A stretch of 64,000 nt of DNA from Macrostomum hystrix (lineage: Eukaryota > Animalia > Platyhelminthes), in contig CATNEN010000029.1 in assembly GCA_950097015.1 (NCBI GenBank), positions 5,270,001 to 5,334,000 of the forward strand. Direction: 5' to 3'. Of the stretch, positions 36,150-48,690 are shown in pieces. The position numbers and the translations under genes are program-made. The notes under the pieces were generated by a model, which saw only the letters and a program-made list of their open reading frames with translations, searched no databases and had not been told where the DNA came from. How positions within the stretch are numbered: the first letter of the stretch is position 1; every line of letters begins with the position of its first letter.

Positions 36150-36370
36150 GGATTGGTAGTGTATCCAATTGTAGCAGCGAGGTTCCTGAGCTCGAATCCG
36201 CAGGGAGACCACATTCATTTGGAGTGCAGACGCGGAGAAAAGGCTTGCTTGCCACCGCATAGTGAGAGTGTACACTTGCCTGACGATGAAAAAGTCAGCG
36301 CAGAGGTACACACCCCTGTGTGTGAGTGTGTGCCTGCGTTCGTATGCGTGTGCTTGTGTGTGCTCAGGGT
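36150..36370 (+). mobile_element. SINE family A, internally deleted copy abutting a splice acceptor
   Basis: GAGCTCGAATCCGCAG..CCACATTCATTTGGAGTGCAG..GTGTACAC..GTGTGCCTGCGT..GTGCTCAG. Confidence 0.85.
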
Positions 36371-36761
36371 TAGCCTGTCGCCAAATGATGCTCTATCTCT
36401 TACACGATTCATGAGGGGTATGCGATCAAGTGGCTCAGCCGCGAGGTCTGGAGATTGAATCTCAGTCCGAGGGAAACATTAAGAAAAATAAATTACAAGA
36501 CTGGAACTTCAGCTCTTGGGGTGTTCAACTCTTCAACTCAGTTTGTTGATTAGAATTCTCGCTTAATTGAGTTAAAAGGTCATGCTGGAAAAAAACTCAC
36601 CGTTTAGTTTTTTATGCCTGCCAACGGTCACTTCCGAGCCAGTGATTTCGCCTGTCTCTGCCATTAGGATGAAAGCAGATACTTAACAGAGACTAGCATT
36701 TATTAACTATAGAGTATGGTGCTCGATTGAGCCACCACCTAAGTCTGTTCCGTGCACTAAC

Positions 36762-36981
36762 CTGTGACAATCAGCGAGAACTCGGCGATCATTAGCCGGG
36801 CGCTGCCGCCGCTCACCTGGCAAAGATAGCGGCCTGTGTCGCTAGTTTGGGCTCGTCGAATCACCAGGCGCCACTCGTCATTGGCTGCGTCGGCGTCCAG
36901 AGCGATGCGACGGTCTGGCGTGAAGACGGCCCGACCCACCGTCAGGGGTATGTCAGCGCCATCGTTCTTCATCCAGGTCAC
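36762..36981 (-). CDS. Dpr/ZIG-8-like protein, exon 3 (Ig1 C-terminal part)
   Basis: VTWMKND..PLTVG..FTPDRR..EWRLVIRRAQTSDTGRYLCQV, a Dpr-type Ig1 signature; ag/gt boundaries. Confidence 0.88.
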
Positions 36982-37383
36982 CTGGCAATGGTCCAGCCAG
37001 AATGTTTTTCCAGCAAGTCTTGCTTAGGGCAAATAAATCGCGAACGGCCTGATACAAAACCCGCTCTGACTGAGCGCGACAAGGACCTACTACTTTTAGT
37101 GGTGCTTGACAAATGAACGCGTGACTTTTCAGTTTCCGATTCCGAACACGATCGATCAGGATTCTCTTGATCGAGATTCTCCGATTCCGGAGAAGTTTCG
37201 TAATTAACTGGGAATCCTGAGAGAGTGCAGGGAAAATCCGTGGAGAGTCCATGGAAAATCTTTGGAAATTCCATGGAAATTCCATGGAGAAGTTCATTGA
37301 GAAACTCAAAAAATATTGTTTCCCTAAAATTTTAGTGCTAATGTTTAGCCATGGGTCGCTCTTGGCTGAATCAGCCAACTCAC

Positions 37384-37529
37384 CATCCGATCACCGAGGT
37401 TGCGCACAACGCACCGCAGCACGGCCATCTCCAGCTCCTGACAAATCAGACTGGTTGACATTGAGTCTGCAAAGCAAGTGTGCTTGCTGCCCGGAGTGCA
37501 GTGTGGCCACGACTGGCTGCCTGCAGTCG
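37384..37529 (-). CDS. Dpr/ZIG-8-like protein, exon 2 (Ig1 N-terminal part)
   Basis: CFADSMSTSLICQELEMAVLRCVVRNLGDRM/gtgagt joins in phase 0 to VTW (A.L.C.V.NLGD.. motif). Confidence 0.8.
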
Positions 37530-38336
37530 CTGGGAATTTTACGGGAGTTTAAGAGAGACTTTTCAGAGTTTCAGAGTCTCCGAGTAGGGCTTGAGAAACT
37601 CGAAATTCTGGCAAGTGGCCTTAGGGCTCTTTACCGCATGAAATTGTTAATGCGCGAAGTAATTCAAGGTCAAATAAGCCTGTTCTGATTTTTAATCCTT
37701 TTCGACATTCGCCTGTCTGAGTACAGAGTGCTCGCTATTCCGTGGCTTATCCGAGTTAGACCTATTTCGAAGAAAATTGATCCCAAGAGGTGGGAAGTCT
37801 GTGTGAGAAATCCTGTTGCTGGCGGATTATGCCGGATGTGAGCTCGCGGGAACCGAAGAGCTCTCAGTGGAGAGCTGTCCGGAGTCGCCGTGAAGCCGCT
37901 CTACAGATAGTAAGAATCCTTACAAAAGCAGCAGATGTTAGCGCAGGGCTGACACGTTCAGCCGAGCAGAGATTGTGTTGCGTGTGTGTTTGCTGACCCA
38001 CCCGATTTCCCGGATCCCGCTTGTCCCGACCCGGAAGTTGTTTCTCATTGTGGAGTCGCTCTGCGGTGGTCCTTACTGCTGCGTTTTTGGTTCAGGTAGA
38101 CATCCGCCTATTTTAGTCTTCAATGGAGAAGGCAATGTTTACTGACGACGCATGAAATGAAAGGAGAAAGTATGGATTTCTTCTAGGAAGATAAATTAAC
38201 TACACAGAGTATGATTAAGCTGCTTAAAAAGTCTTTAGTTGGAACTCTCTAAACCCTCTAGTCAGAAATTCATTTATAAATCCACCAAGTCACTTGATGA
38301 AAACTAAAAGAATGTTTGAGCAAATATAATCTTTAC

Positions 38337-38388
38337 CTGCAATCGATATAAAATGAAAAGCGACCTGGAACAGCCGTAGACTGGGCAT
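38337..38388 (-). CDS. Dpr/ZIG-8-like protein, exon 1 (signal peptide)
   Basis: MPSLRLFQVAFHFISIA then G/gtaaag phase-1 donor matching exon 2. Full model is 279 aa. Confidence 0.6.
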
Positions 38389-38697
38389 TGGCGATGTGGA
38401 AGTGCCACTCTCAATAACTACTAAATAAGATACCTTATTAAATGTATATATTCGTTACTTTTTGTAGTCCTTGACTACCCTATTGTGATGCTTCACAAAG
38501 AGGGATCTTTCTGGAGGTATGAGCTCAAACGAATTCTAAAATTCCACTGCTCTGGAAAATGTATGGCTCTGATGGCACAATTTCTTGACCAATCACAACT
38601 TGAGCAGTCTGCAGGCTTCACTTATTGGCTGGGATAGGATATGGTGGACGTCGACAAACCCCACTCTGACAAGAATTATCTGTGCTGCAATTAATTC

Positions 38698-38762
38698 AAG
38701 TGAATGTGGCCTCGCCCTGGATTCGAGCGCAGGTACCTTGACGCAATAGTCGGACGCTTAAC
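38698..38762 (-). mobile_element. SINE family A, head-only fragment
   Basis: Reverse complement reads ..CAAGGTACCTGCGCTCGAATCCAGGGCGAGGCCACATTCAC. Confidence 0.7.
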
Positions 38763-40696
38763 AGTAACAAGACCAGGGGGCTATTTCAAATACGGCTTTT
38801 TTCTGCATCTCCCAATAAAATCGGTCATTCTCCTTGGGAGTTATCGTTAAGTAGGCAGTGGGTATTTGAAGCAACCACGCGGTATCTCAGGGACAATTGC
38901 CTTGGTCTTGTACTGCTAAACCCTGCATTATCACAAACCAAAGTACGAGTTTTATTTGAGGCGAGTGATTGTCTTAGGGGCTTGTGGACCAATTCGTCTT
39001 CTCGAGGGTCAACCGCCCAAAGCGTAGTAATAGAGTACAATGTCTGATGATAAGCAAATCAGTGCAGACGCACACACCAGTGTTAGAGTGCCTCGGGTTA
39101 GGAGTAAGCAGGATGGCCTCCTCGCCGAATATTATTTTTGTTATTAATAAGGCCAAGGGCTTAATTAATTATGTATCACCAAAACAATTTTCTTGGTGTT
39201 GTTTTTAATTTTGCGAAACATAATGGAAGGGGTAAAGAGGAACTAAAGTCACCAAGAGCTCTTACAGTGCTACTTAAAGTAGCATACTCTGATTCTTAAA
39301 AGTCAAAAGAAATTGTTCTCTCGTCTGCATCAAAACTGTTCCGTCGTTTCTAGCGGCTCTTTGGAAGGCGTCGAACCCCTCAACCCCTTCAAGCCTCGGG
39401 CCTCGCTGCAGTGGCGGCTCTAATTGCTAGGAATTTCTGACAAATCTTGGGTAGGCCACTTAGCTACTGAGAGAACCTGACTCTTCACCAGTGACGCCAC
39501 TGCAGTCCGCTGGGTCTCAATCAGCTTTCTCACAATAGTATCATGCTGGCGGATTTCCTGTTGCAGTCATTTTCACTGTAGTTATTCTCAGCGCGTTTCA
39601 AGTTCAGGCCTAAAAAGGCAGCTTTTAACTCTAGATTCAATTTTTCAGCTTTTAAAATTATTCTATCAAAATGACTAGCTCGTAGCTGAATAAATTGAAG
39701 CCTACTTAATTACTATTTTGTCTGCCAGACCTCCTCTGGAATGACTGGAAATGACTAAGACAGTCGGAGGGTGAATGTGAAGGATAGGATGCACTAGTAC
39801 TATTCGGCTAGTTAAAAAAGCGGCTGTTAAAGAAGGATAAAAGGATTCAAGAGTGTTGACACTGGCACTTTAAAGTCTGAACATAATCGACATGATCATG
39901 AGAAACTGATCATAGAGACAGAGACGAGACAGGGGAGACAGAGAGGATATTGTGGATAGAGGTTGTCTAGCCGATATGCTTCGAAAAAAGCAATAATTAA
40001 TTGCTATTCTACTGGGGAAGCACGGGTTGAGACAGAGAGAGAGCCGCGGTCGAATTTTGGGATCAGTTTGTTTGTCCGAAGTGACCCCACCTCCACGCTG
40101 CTAACAGGGTGCGGGCGGGAAGGTGGGCAAAGCGGGGGCGGAGGACGTTCGGAATATTTAAAAATTCGTTTCCTATGGATACCAGCAGTGGTTGCGACAG
40201 CCGAATGCCATATAAATCTGATTGCAATGATGGATGGAAACGGAGTGTGGATAAATTTCGCTAAAGCAGGCGGCACAGCAGAATGGCAAACTGATTCACG
40301 TCACTGCGAACCTGTCGGTCCCGTGCTACTCTCTGCTCGGAAACGATAAAACTAATTTCTCTGTCCCAGTCGATCCGGAAAGGCGATTGCTTGCTCTCTG
40401 ACCCTGATGCATTCGCTGCACTTTGTGCGATCTTACAATTCTAACTTGATGAAAAACTTGATTATTCATTACAGTAAAAGCACATGCGGTACATCTTCGA
40501 TTAGCTCCTTGTTTAAGAAATTAAAAGTAAACAAAGACGATTCAGGTTGTCAGAAATTACAAGCATTGCGTGCATTTAGACACTGAGGCTTGTTTCTAGG
40601 AAGGACGTAGCGAATTACACGGAATATCAAAGTAGAAGTCTGATGTATCTAAACTAAAAAATACGGCTAATAGCGAAATTCCGCTAGACCAGCCAG

Positions 40697-41956
40697 TCAC
40701 AGAGAGACGCTGACTTCTTCCAGCCCGCCAGCAGCCGTCACGGAGTTGCTCTCACCACCAGGCTGGCAGAGTGCCTCAGCCTGACGATTCTGCTGCACCG
40801 TCCGCAGCCGCAACAGTTGCTGATGCTGCAGCTGCTGCGATGGCGTAGCAAGTGGATGACGTCTCCGCCCGCGGCAGCCGAGCAGTCGCATGAAGGCACG
40901 GCGGAAATCGCGCATGGAGTGCGCGTAGATGGCCGGGTTCACAGCGCTGTTGCAGTAGCCCAGCCACGTCACCACGGCCAGCAGCAGCTTCTCGTACTGG
41001 CCGAGGCCGCCTGGCCCGCTCAGGGCCGACAGCGAGCTGCAGACAAAGAACGGCAGCCAGCAGGCGATGAAGACGCCCATCACAATGCCCAGTGTTTTTG
41101 CGGCGCGGCGCTCACGCGAGAAGCGGGCGAATTGCTTACGGCGCGAGGCCGGCAAGCCGCTGCGCCCGTCGTTGAACTGATTCTGCTCCTGGCCGTCAGC
41201 GACACCTTCCTGCTCATCAGCGGGCGTCAAGCCGCCGCCTCCGCCGCCTCGGTGAATGCGCAGCACCACGGTGGCCTGGGTGCCATGACCGCGCAGGACT
41301 TTCGCGCCTTCACGCCAGCTGCGAACTAGCCGGGCCGCGGTGCGGTAGATCTTGCAGTACACGAACACCATCACTAGCAGGGGCGCGTAGAAGGACACCA
41401 GCGAGGAGCAGATCAGGTAGGCCGGATCGCTGGTGAAGCTGCAGACGCTGGGCAAGCGGCTAGTCGGACTGGTCGAACGCCACCAGGCGATGGCGGGAAA
41501 GCTGATGAGGCTGGAACAGAGCCAAACAGCGGCAATCATCAATAGACAACGTCGCTTTGTGACCCTGGACGGATAGCGCATGGGGTTCTGCACTGCCCAG
41601 TAGCGCTCCAGCGCAATCATGCACAGGTTCAGAATGCTGGCCGTGGAGCTTAGGACGTCGAACGCGTGCCAGAGGTCGCACCAGACGGGGCCAAACAGCC
41701 AGCGCTCGCGAGTTGCCTGGGCGATGGCGGCGAACGGCATGACAACGGCGCCCATCAGCAGGTCGGCGGTGGCCAGCGACACGATCAGGTAGTTTGTCAC
41801 GGTGCGTAGGCAGGGCTCCCGCAGGACGGCCAGGATCACCAGGCAGTTGCCAAGCACCGTGACGCAGGCCAGCAGGCTTAGTAAACAACCAATCAGAGCG
41901 TCCTGCGGCTGCACTTCCGGGGACAGGGCGCTGTAGTTCATTTCAATCATTCCCAT
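40697..41956 (-). CDS. Dop1R2: Biogenic amine GPCR, invertebrate-type dopamine receptor (INDR / Dop1R2-DAMB-like), intronless
   Basis: WCDLWHAFDVLSSTASILNLCMIALERYWA (D3.32), AAVWLCSSLISFPAIAWWR, TM5 SSLVSFYAP serines, RERRAAKTLGIVMGVFIACWLPFF, WLGYCNSAVNPAIY. First ATG at 41956. Confidence 0.85.
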   Translation of the reverse strand: MGMIEMNYSALSPEVQPQDALIGCLLSLLACVTVLGNCLVILAVLREPCLRTVTNYLIVSLATADLLMGAVVMPFAAIAQATRERWLFGPVWCDLWHAFDVLSSTASILNLCMIALERYWAVQNPMRYPSRVTKRRCLLMIAAVWLCSSLISFPAIAWWRSTSPTSRLPSVCSFTSDPAYLICSSLVSFYAPLLVMVFVYCKIYRTAARLVRSWREGAKVLRGHGTQATVVLRIHRGGGGGGLTPADEQEGVADGQEQNQFNDGRSGLPASRRKQFARFSRERRAAKTLGIVMGVFIACWLPFFVCSSLSALSGPGGLGQYEKLLLAVVTWLGYCNSAVNPAIYAHSMRDFRRAFMRLLGCRGRRRHPLATPSQQLQHQQLLRLRTVQQNRQAEALCQPGGESNSVTAAGGLEEVSVSL

Positions 41957-43914
41957 CAAAATTGGACGTAAAAACAATGCTATTTCTCGCACTCTGTTTC
42001 AATGGGACTGCATGAGTGAGAATTTATACAGGGGGAATCAGGCCGTGTGGGAAAGGGAAAAGCGTAGATTTTGGCCAATAGGAATCGAGGCAGATGCTGC
42101 TGCGCTTGCAGTCTGCGTTCGTATGAGCGTCGCCTCACGCACCCTCGGTCTCCCTCCACCAAAAATTCTTGACGCTGAAGGAATCCGTATCTCACATTGT
42201 AGCCAGTGGGAGTGAAGAGTTTTGAATTTGTTTGTCAGCGCACATGCGGGACACTGCAGTGCGGAACAGCCCTAACTGCCAGGCATCGAGAAACCGCCGA
42301 TCAGATCACGGGTACAGTTGGTATACAAGACTTGGGATTCGGGCCAGTCTGTCAAGGTCACTTCCTAGAGGCTGCAGACGTGAACGATTAACATCGAAGG
42401 GAGAGAGGAACGTTCCATACGACGCTAAAAGTCTTTAGTAGTTCAAACAGAAACTTCAGAAGGATTTGCAAGCGCATCCCCCGTGTACGCATGGGAGCTA
42501 CAGTGCAAGAGAGTGACAGGGATGGGATTTTAATATGTAAATTCAAGTGTCTAATTGTCGATATACGTGCGACACTAGCGACGGGTTTAGGCAAAACTAT
42601 CCGATCTGCATTGAGAGTGCTTTATGTACAGAAACGCTTTGTAAATTTGAATGCTTTGAAAGCAAGAAATGATTGAGAAAATTTATGTGCATTAAAAACA
42701 ATAGGCGGAGACAAACGAGGAGAGACAGACGCGAAGAAGCAAGACACAAATATGATATGAAAAGCAGCTATTTTACTATTTCATATCGACTGACACTTAA
42801 GAAAATTAGTTTCGATAATATACTTTTAAAAGACGAAATTCTCTGAATAAGTGGCATTTCAAGGATCGTACAATTCTGTCCTTTTTTTCAACAGGCCCGT
42901 TAAAATGGCTCTTCAACCCATTTTCCATGTAGAAGATGCAAAAGAAATAGAATACAGAATATTGTATTACAGAAGTTCATGCTTCTAGATTGCTTTGTTA
43001 CCTGCAATGTTTTAGCCTAAAGCTGGCAATTCAATCGTCATGCATTTTTTGAGTGTCTCAAATAGCACTTATCGAACAATCATCCTTCTGAAATTGTATA
43101 TTGAATAAATTTTACTGTAATGGTCTCATTGTAATTGAAGCATTTCATGCTGTTCCTTCCTATTCTACGATCCATATGAAGTGTTCGGGGTTCGGGTCTC
43201 CGGGTTTCCATGCATAAAATAGCGTGTGCCAACCTTCTGCGCTCAAAACAGAAACGTGATGTGACATATTCATATGACATATTTTTGTTGTAGCGAACTA
43301 ATGCGATCATTGCTTGATACTCTCATTTGCTCATAATTTCTAAAACAATGATTACAAGCATTTCTTTCGCCAGAAGCCAACGTTTAAAAAAGTTGCTTAT
43401 GTTTTTAAACCGAATTTGTAGAATTTGAAGTGCCTGAGGCCTTGAGTAGCTGAGGGTGAGGAAATTGGTACTTGAAGACACCTCATTGTTCGTCATTCCA
43501 GAAAATAAAAAAAATTTCTTCAATAAAACATGAATCTTCAAGCCTACTGCATGCTCTTCGGGTATAGTTGGGTGTCGGGTCGACAGCGACCACCCGAACA
43601 TCCCGAACTGCTACATTAATTTCTGTGGCATGGGCGCAAAGAAACAGGCAATCATTCTTGGAAAAGTGTTTCGACCAAATCCCCGGTGACTTCGGCAGCA
43701 AATCAACATAAGCCCGATCTGTGTTTCTATGTGCGGAGTTGCGAGATTTGGTTGACCAAAAACTTCCCAGGCCAGATTTTGATGAAATCAGCTGAGAGAC
43801 ATAGTTTATGGGCCAATCCTGCCCCAGTCTCCATTGGGTGAAATGCAGTATTAGATGAGTGCGTTCATGTTTAGACAGTAGAGCAAAAATTATGACAGAA
43901 AGAGGCACCAAACT

Positions 43915-44200
43915 GGGTAAGTGGCATTGCAGTCTAACGCGTTGGCCTCTCGCACCAAGGTCCGTTAAGCTCGATTTCGCGGCGAGGCCACATTCATTTG
44001 GAGTGCAGCCGCGGAGAGAAGGCTTGGGGGCTTCTCGTGCAATTTACGCCCTTGAGGGCCAACCTTTAAGGCACAGTGAGTATATACTGTCTGAAAATGA
44101 GAAACTCAGGGCACATGTACACACCTGTGTGAGAGTGTGCCTGCGTACGGTATCCGTGTGGTGCGTGCTCAGGAGCGAAATGGGCAGAATTGCCTTCTCG
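43915..44200 (+). mobile_element. SINE family A, near full-length copy
   Basis: Same head and body as the 35251 copy. Confidence 0.9.
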
Positions 44201-44595
44201 CGCGTTGGCTCCAGGTCTACGAGTAAATCTGTAAATCTGTAAATCTCGTGTAAACAACGCCTGTACACAAGCACTTATTGCAATCTAAAGAGGTTAAAAT
44301 TAGTTTGCACAAAAAAGCAGAGAGTGGGTGTGGTTCGCCCTATTCGCTGCATTTCCTGTTGCCACATTTATTAATTGCAAGCGCGCAAGTGCTCCTGAGA
44401 AGAAAGTGTTGCAAAAGGCACAGAGACTCCTCCGGATATGAGGGCTTCATAGGCGGACAGGAAATGAAGCAATCTGAGCAGCTCTGTCCGCAAAGCAGGG
44501 TGTGAAACAGAAGTTTCATTTTCACTGCTTCACTCCTGTATTTATTATTTTTCATTCTTACACTTGTATAGCAGACTGCTGCATTTATTTACTCA

Positions 44596-44845
44596 ATCGG
44601 GTCATATGTGCCGCCGACAGCACAGACGCAGCTATAGCGCGGCGCATTTGAAGGCTTGGGAACGGCTGTTCAGTCAATGGACTGGGTGGACGCCACACCC
44701 CAATTATCCCAGTTGAGATGCTTGGTCTGGGTTGAAATGAAGCAATGCAGAGTTAAGCGTTTTGCTAAAGGACCTTACTAATTATATTGGTTCAGTGGAG
44801 TCGGGAACTGAATCTCAGTCCCGCGCTTAACTACTAGGATATAAC
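44596..44845 (-). mobile_element. SINE family B (CORE-SINE) copy
   Basis: Reverse complement matches the 33047 and 19107 copies (CCCGACTCCACTGAACC, AACTCTGCATTGCTTCA, CCCAGTCCATTGACTGAACAG). Confidence 0.85.
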
Positions 44846-45471
44846 TAGAGTTGCATGTTTCGTCTCATAGTAGACAAAGACTCGAGTGACTGAAAGTGTT
44901 AAAACGTAAAATAGATTCGCGATTTTCGATAAATCTGCAGGGCCACACGATAATGTTTATATTATCTTTGACTGAACGAACGCTAGCTAATCGCTGCGTG
45001 CTTATCGCACGTAAAACGGTCACAGATTATATTTTGCAACATAAAGTTTTTTAGTAGACTGGTGTGAGCTAGCGCTAATATTTATGTTCAACTAAAAATA
45101 AATTATTTGTTTTTGTGTACTATCTTTGAAGACAAATAGTTCAATGCTTTAATTATTTTATTAATTACAATAATTCATTCCGAAGAAGACTAAGAATAAA
45201 ACATTATATCTACAATTTATTATGTAAGTTTGACTATGTAATATGCGAAATTTGTCAAGTCATACTTATGGAATTTATGCTACTTTAGTTTATATTTTTT
45301 ATGCAGCTTAGTAATTGAAAAGTCAAAATACTAAATTTGAATGCTGAATTCTTACATAGTATAAAAATTTAAAAGCAACTTTTCTTAGAAACTTACCACG
45401 AGCTCGCAGTCTGCCAGTCTCCCTCTTTACATCCTCTTCAACCTCTTGCACAAATTTTTTGAGTTAAATCA

Positions 45472-45729
45472 ATGGCACCTAATTGGAAACTTGAAGTGAG
45501 CAGAATGCTGTGGTATGTAGCATTTCCAATGCTTTGCTTCGGCTTTGCTGCAGAACCACTTTTTGGCAACAGAGTCAGAGATTACTGGAAGCGTGAATAT
45601 GCTTCTTCGCTGGGCCACGACACAAAGAATAGCCTAAGCGACGAAGAATTTCAAGCCATCTTGCAAAGTCATCATGAAAAGGTGGTGAAGATGCACAATG
45701 AGGTCCGTGCATCTAATATCAGCAAATAA
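45472..45729 (+). CDS. PET100: PET100 cytochrome c oxidase assembly factor homolog, 85 aa
   Basis: MAPNWKLEVSRMLWYVAFPM resembles human PET100 MGVKLEIFRMIIYLTFPV; single TM followed by a charged helix. Confidence 0.8.
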   Translation: MAPNWKLEVSRMLWYVAFPMLCFGFAAEPLFGNRVRDYWKREYASSLGHDTKNSLSDEEFQAILQSHHEKVVKMHNEVRASNISK

Positions 45730-48129
45730 ATTTGGCTGAAGTATCAGATCAGTATCTGAATATCCAAGAGATCGACCAGTACCAGTGAGGTGAATATATA
45801 TTGTTTACTTTTTGTTTAACTTAGCAAAAACTCTACATTATGATTTAGTTCAATTAGTTTATTTAGTAATTTTTCATTTAAGACATTCTTTGTGATGTTT
45901 TACCATGCTCTATGATTTATAAATAAGAAATTAAATATGTCTTTTTAATGTGTTTCTTTTGATATATTTATCCACATCATGTATTTAAACCAATAAACAG
46001 GTAAATTTAGCTCATTTAGGGACATTTAAATATGTATGCACATATAAAGTAAAATATAGAGCCTTAAAATAACAGTTTTAATTATAAAGTAGTGAGAATA
46101 AGAAAATGTTTTTTAATGAGTTAAAAAATCATAATTTCATAATCATAGAGTTTATTGTATGTTACAAAAATATTTTTTATATTTAATTTTGTTATTGGAT
46201 TGTAATTCCACTGGCTTAGTTATGTTAAATAAAATTCAATATTCTATTTATCTAGGAAAACAAAGCTTTTAAAAATAACATATTGCTTATTTGTAAATGT
46301 AAAAGTTTTTTCTATATGAAAATAACTGAGCTTGTCTAACATAAATTTAGTTTTTCTTCAAGTTGTATATCAGAATTCTTTATCTGCCTAGCATATATTT
46401 AGGAGAGCCAGTCAGCTTATGCTGGTCTAGATTCTATAAAGTGGTGGTTTTTTTCTTATTATCTCTTATTCTTTGTCTTTTGTAATTTAGTTCTCCTAGT
46501 CTTGACTATTTCTTAATTACTGTTGTATTGAAAAATTATGAATGTGCTTGGCTATAAATACCTGTATATTAGATTATATAAATTGTTATTAACCACATTT
46601 CAGACCCAGGCTATTTTGGAACTAAAAGAAAATTGTCTGCTTGGAATGAAGCTGACCCTTGCAGTTGAAATTGTATTTTCTAAATAAGTTACTTTTCTTG
46701 TTCTGTTGCTTGAAATTGTTGTATAGCCTGCTCTTATTATTGTGCACTACATTAGTTGCTAACTTGTTGCTGATGTGAGATGAATTGACATGATATACAT
46801 TTTCTATTGCTAAATTATAAACATTTTGTTTGAATAGTAGTTAATGACACAAATTCTAATAGAAAATCAGAAAAATGTACCTAAAAGTAAAGTTTCAACT
46901 TTGAGAGATAATTAAAATAAGTAAATGTCAAATTTCACGTATTTCTAATAATAATAAAAACTTCAGAAATTAGAAAAGAACTAACAAACTTTTTGCTTTG
47001 ATTCGACCCACTTGATGTAATAAGCTTAATTAGAAAAAATGCTACTTCAAAGGAAGTAGTTTTTGTGCATTCATTTTTGGCTTAAGTGAATTTAAAGAAC
47101 TCATGTTTTCTATCGTATTTCAAGTAGTATAATTTATTTTTTACTAAACAACGCATATTGCACTCTACCTTCTAGGTTTACTGTAAGTAGCAACATCGGC
47201 ATTCTTAGCCACTGCTTGTGAAACTTGTTGCTTTTGAAATGTATACTAAGTTAAACTAAAAGTACTTTCTCTGACTTGTGCTGCTTATTTAAATCATTAG
47301 CAAGGATTCTCTTTAAAAAGCTTTCGGCCTCTCAGTCACCTAAGGCTCACATTATTTAAGTGATAGCCATTGAGCTGAGGCAGTCGCAGGTCTGATTGGA
47401 TTATACCTGTCCAGTCATGCAGACTGACCCCAGAGAGAGCCGAAATGTCACCTGATGACGGCTGCTGTGATCGTATGAGCGGAGTTGTCTTAGACAGTCT
47501 TACAGATAGAGGATAAGCGAGGATTTCTAATTCATTGTTGGCCTGCTGTTTGTGCCTGTACCGATAAAAGGGCAGGTCGCAATTGATGATGAAGCACCGT
47601 GGCTGCTGTTTGTGACCGCAGCTGCAGCTGCGTCTGTGTGCAGTTTTGCATCATTGGAACACTCCCGTGTGCACTACTAAATTGCATGGCTAATGTGCAT
47701 TTTGGTTGCACGGTAGCTTTGCTTCGCTTGAGATCGTTTTCTCTCCTTACCTTTTGATTCGCCAAGTGAAATAAAAATTTCTGTCTCATATTTCCAAGTT
47801 GCATACGCTTTGGTATATGCCATCTGCAGATATTCTCAGCCCAGTTTCATTTCGCTAGGCTGTCTGCCCGCCTGTCCGTCGCGTAAATAATATGTGCACT
47901 AGTTTAAGTTTATGCCCGCGTTTCTACTGCCGATAAAAGGATTGAGTTCGGGTTGAGCTTTTATGCCGTCACTCCAGCTGTGCTGAGAGTTGCTTCAGAC
48001 TAGGCACCCGCACCCTTGAAAACTCAACAGGAAAAACGCGTAAAAAGTGTATAAAATCAAATATTAACTGCTTTTAATACAAGTTTCACCTTGTTATTTG
48101 GAGCTTCTTGGTCCCTTCAGACGTGTAGT

Positions 48130-48240
48130 CTTGCTGGGCCAAGTGTACAGCCAGTGGCACAGCCGCGGCTATTGCGCGGCTCTTCCAAAAGGCAGTGTAC
48201 AGCTGATCAGTCCTTGGACTGTGGAGGCCGCCACACCTAC
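48130..48240 (-). mobile_element. SINE family B, 3' fragment
   Basis: Reverse complement GGTGTGGCGGCCTCCACAGTCCAAGGACTGATCAGCTGTAC matches 33225-33257. Confidence 0.7.
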
Positions 48241-48374
48241 CCGAATATTCTAAAATTCTAAGCCACTTGATGCTGGTAACGTTTTTAAAGCTGGGTTGAC
48301 TAAAGTATTAGGGAATGATGAGATGAATAATAATAATAGTTGCTGGGGGACTGGGAAATGGCACGTTATTTGGT

Positions 48375-48690
48375 GGCCTAGGCACAGCCGGAGAGCAGGC
48401 GATTCTGCCCATTTCGCTGGCTCCTGAGCACACGCACACAGATACCGTACGCAGGCATACACTCACGCATGGGTGAGTTCAGATCGGTGCACGATCAAAC
48501 AGGTTTCTCATTGTCAAACAGTGTACACTCACTGTGCCTTGGAGGTTGGCCCTCAGGGCGTAGATTGCGCGGCAGGACCCCAAGCCTTCTCTCCGCGGCT
48601 GCGCCCCAAATGAACGTGGCCTCGCCGCGGATTCGAACTAAGGAACATCGGTGCAAGAAACGGACGAGTTACCGATCCGCTACACCACCT
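48375..48690 (-). mobile_element. SINE family A, full-length copy
   Basis: Reverse complement GGTGGTGTAGCGGATCGG..CTTGCAC..GTTCGAATCCGCGGCGAGGCCA plus the shared body. Confidence 0.9.

Noticed and set aside
43483-43911. 142-aa minus-strand ORF
   Set aside because: Non-ATG start adjacent to a SINE, no recognisable domain and no clear splice context.
47438-47463. AGCCGAAA-TGTCAC-CTGATGA-CGGCT, resembling a hammerhead ribozyme core
   Set aside because: Only 6 nt lie between GAAA and CTGATGA, too short for stems III and I plus the cleavage triplet.
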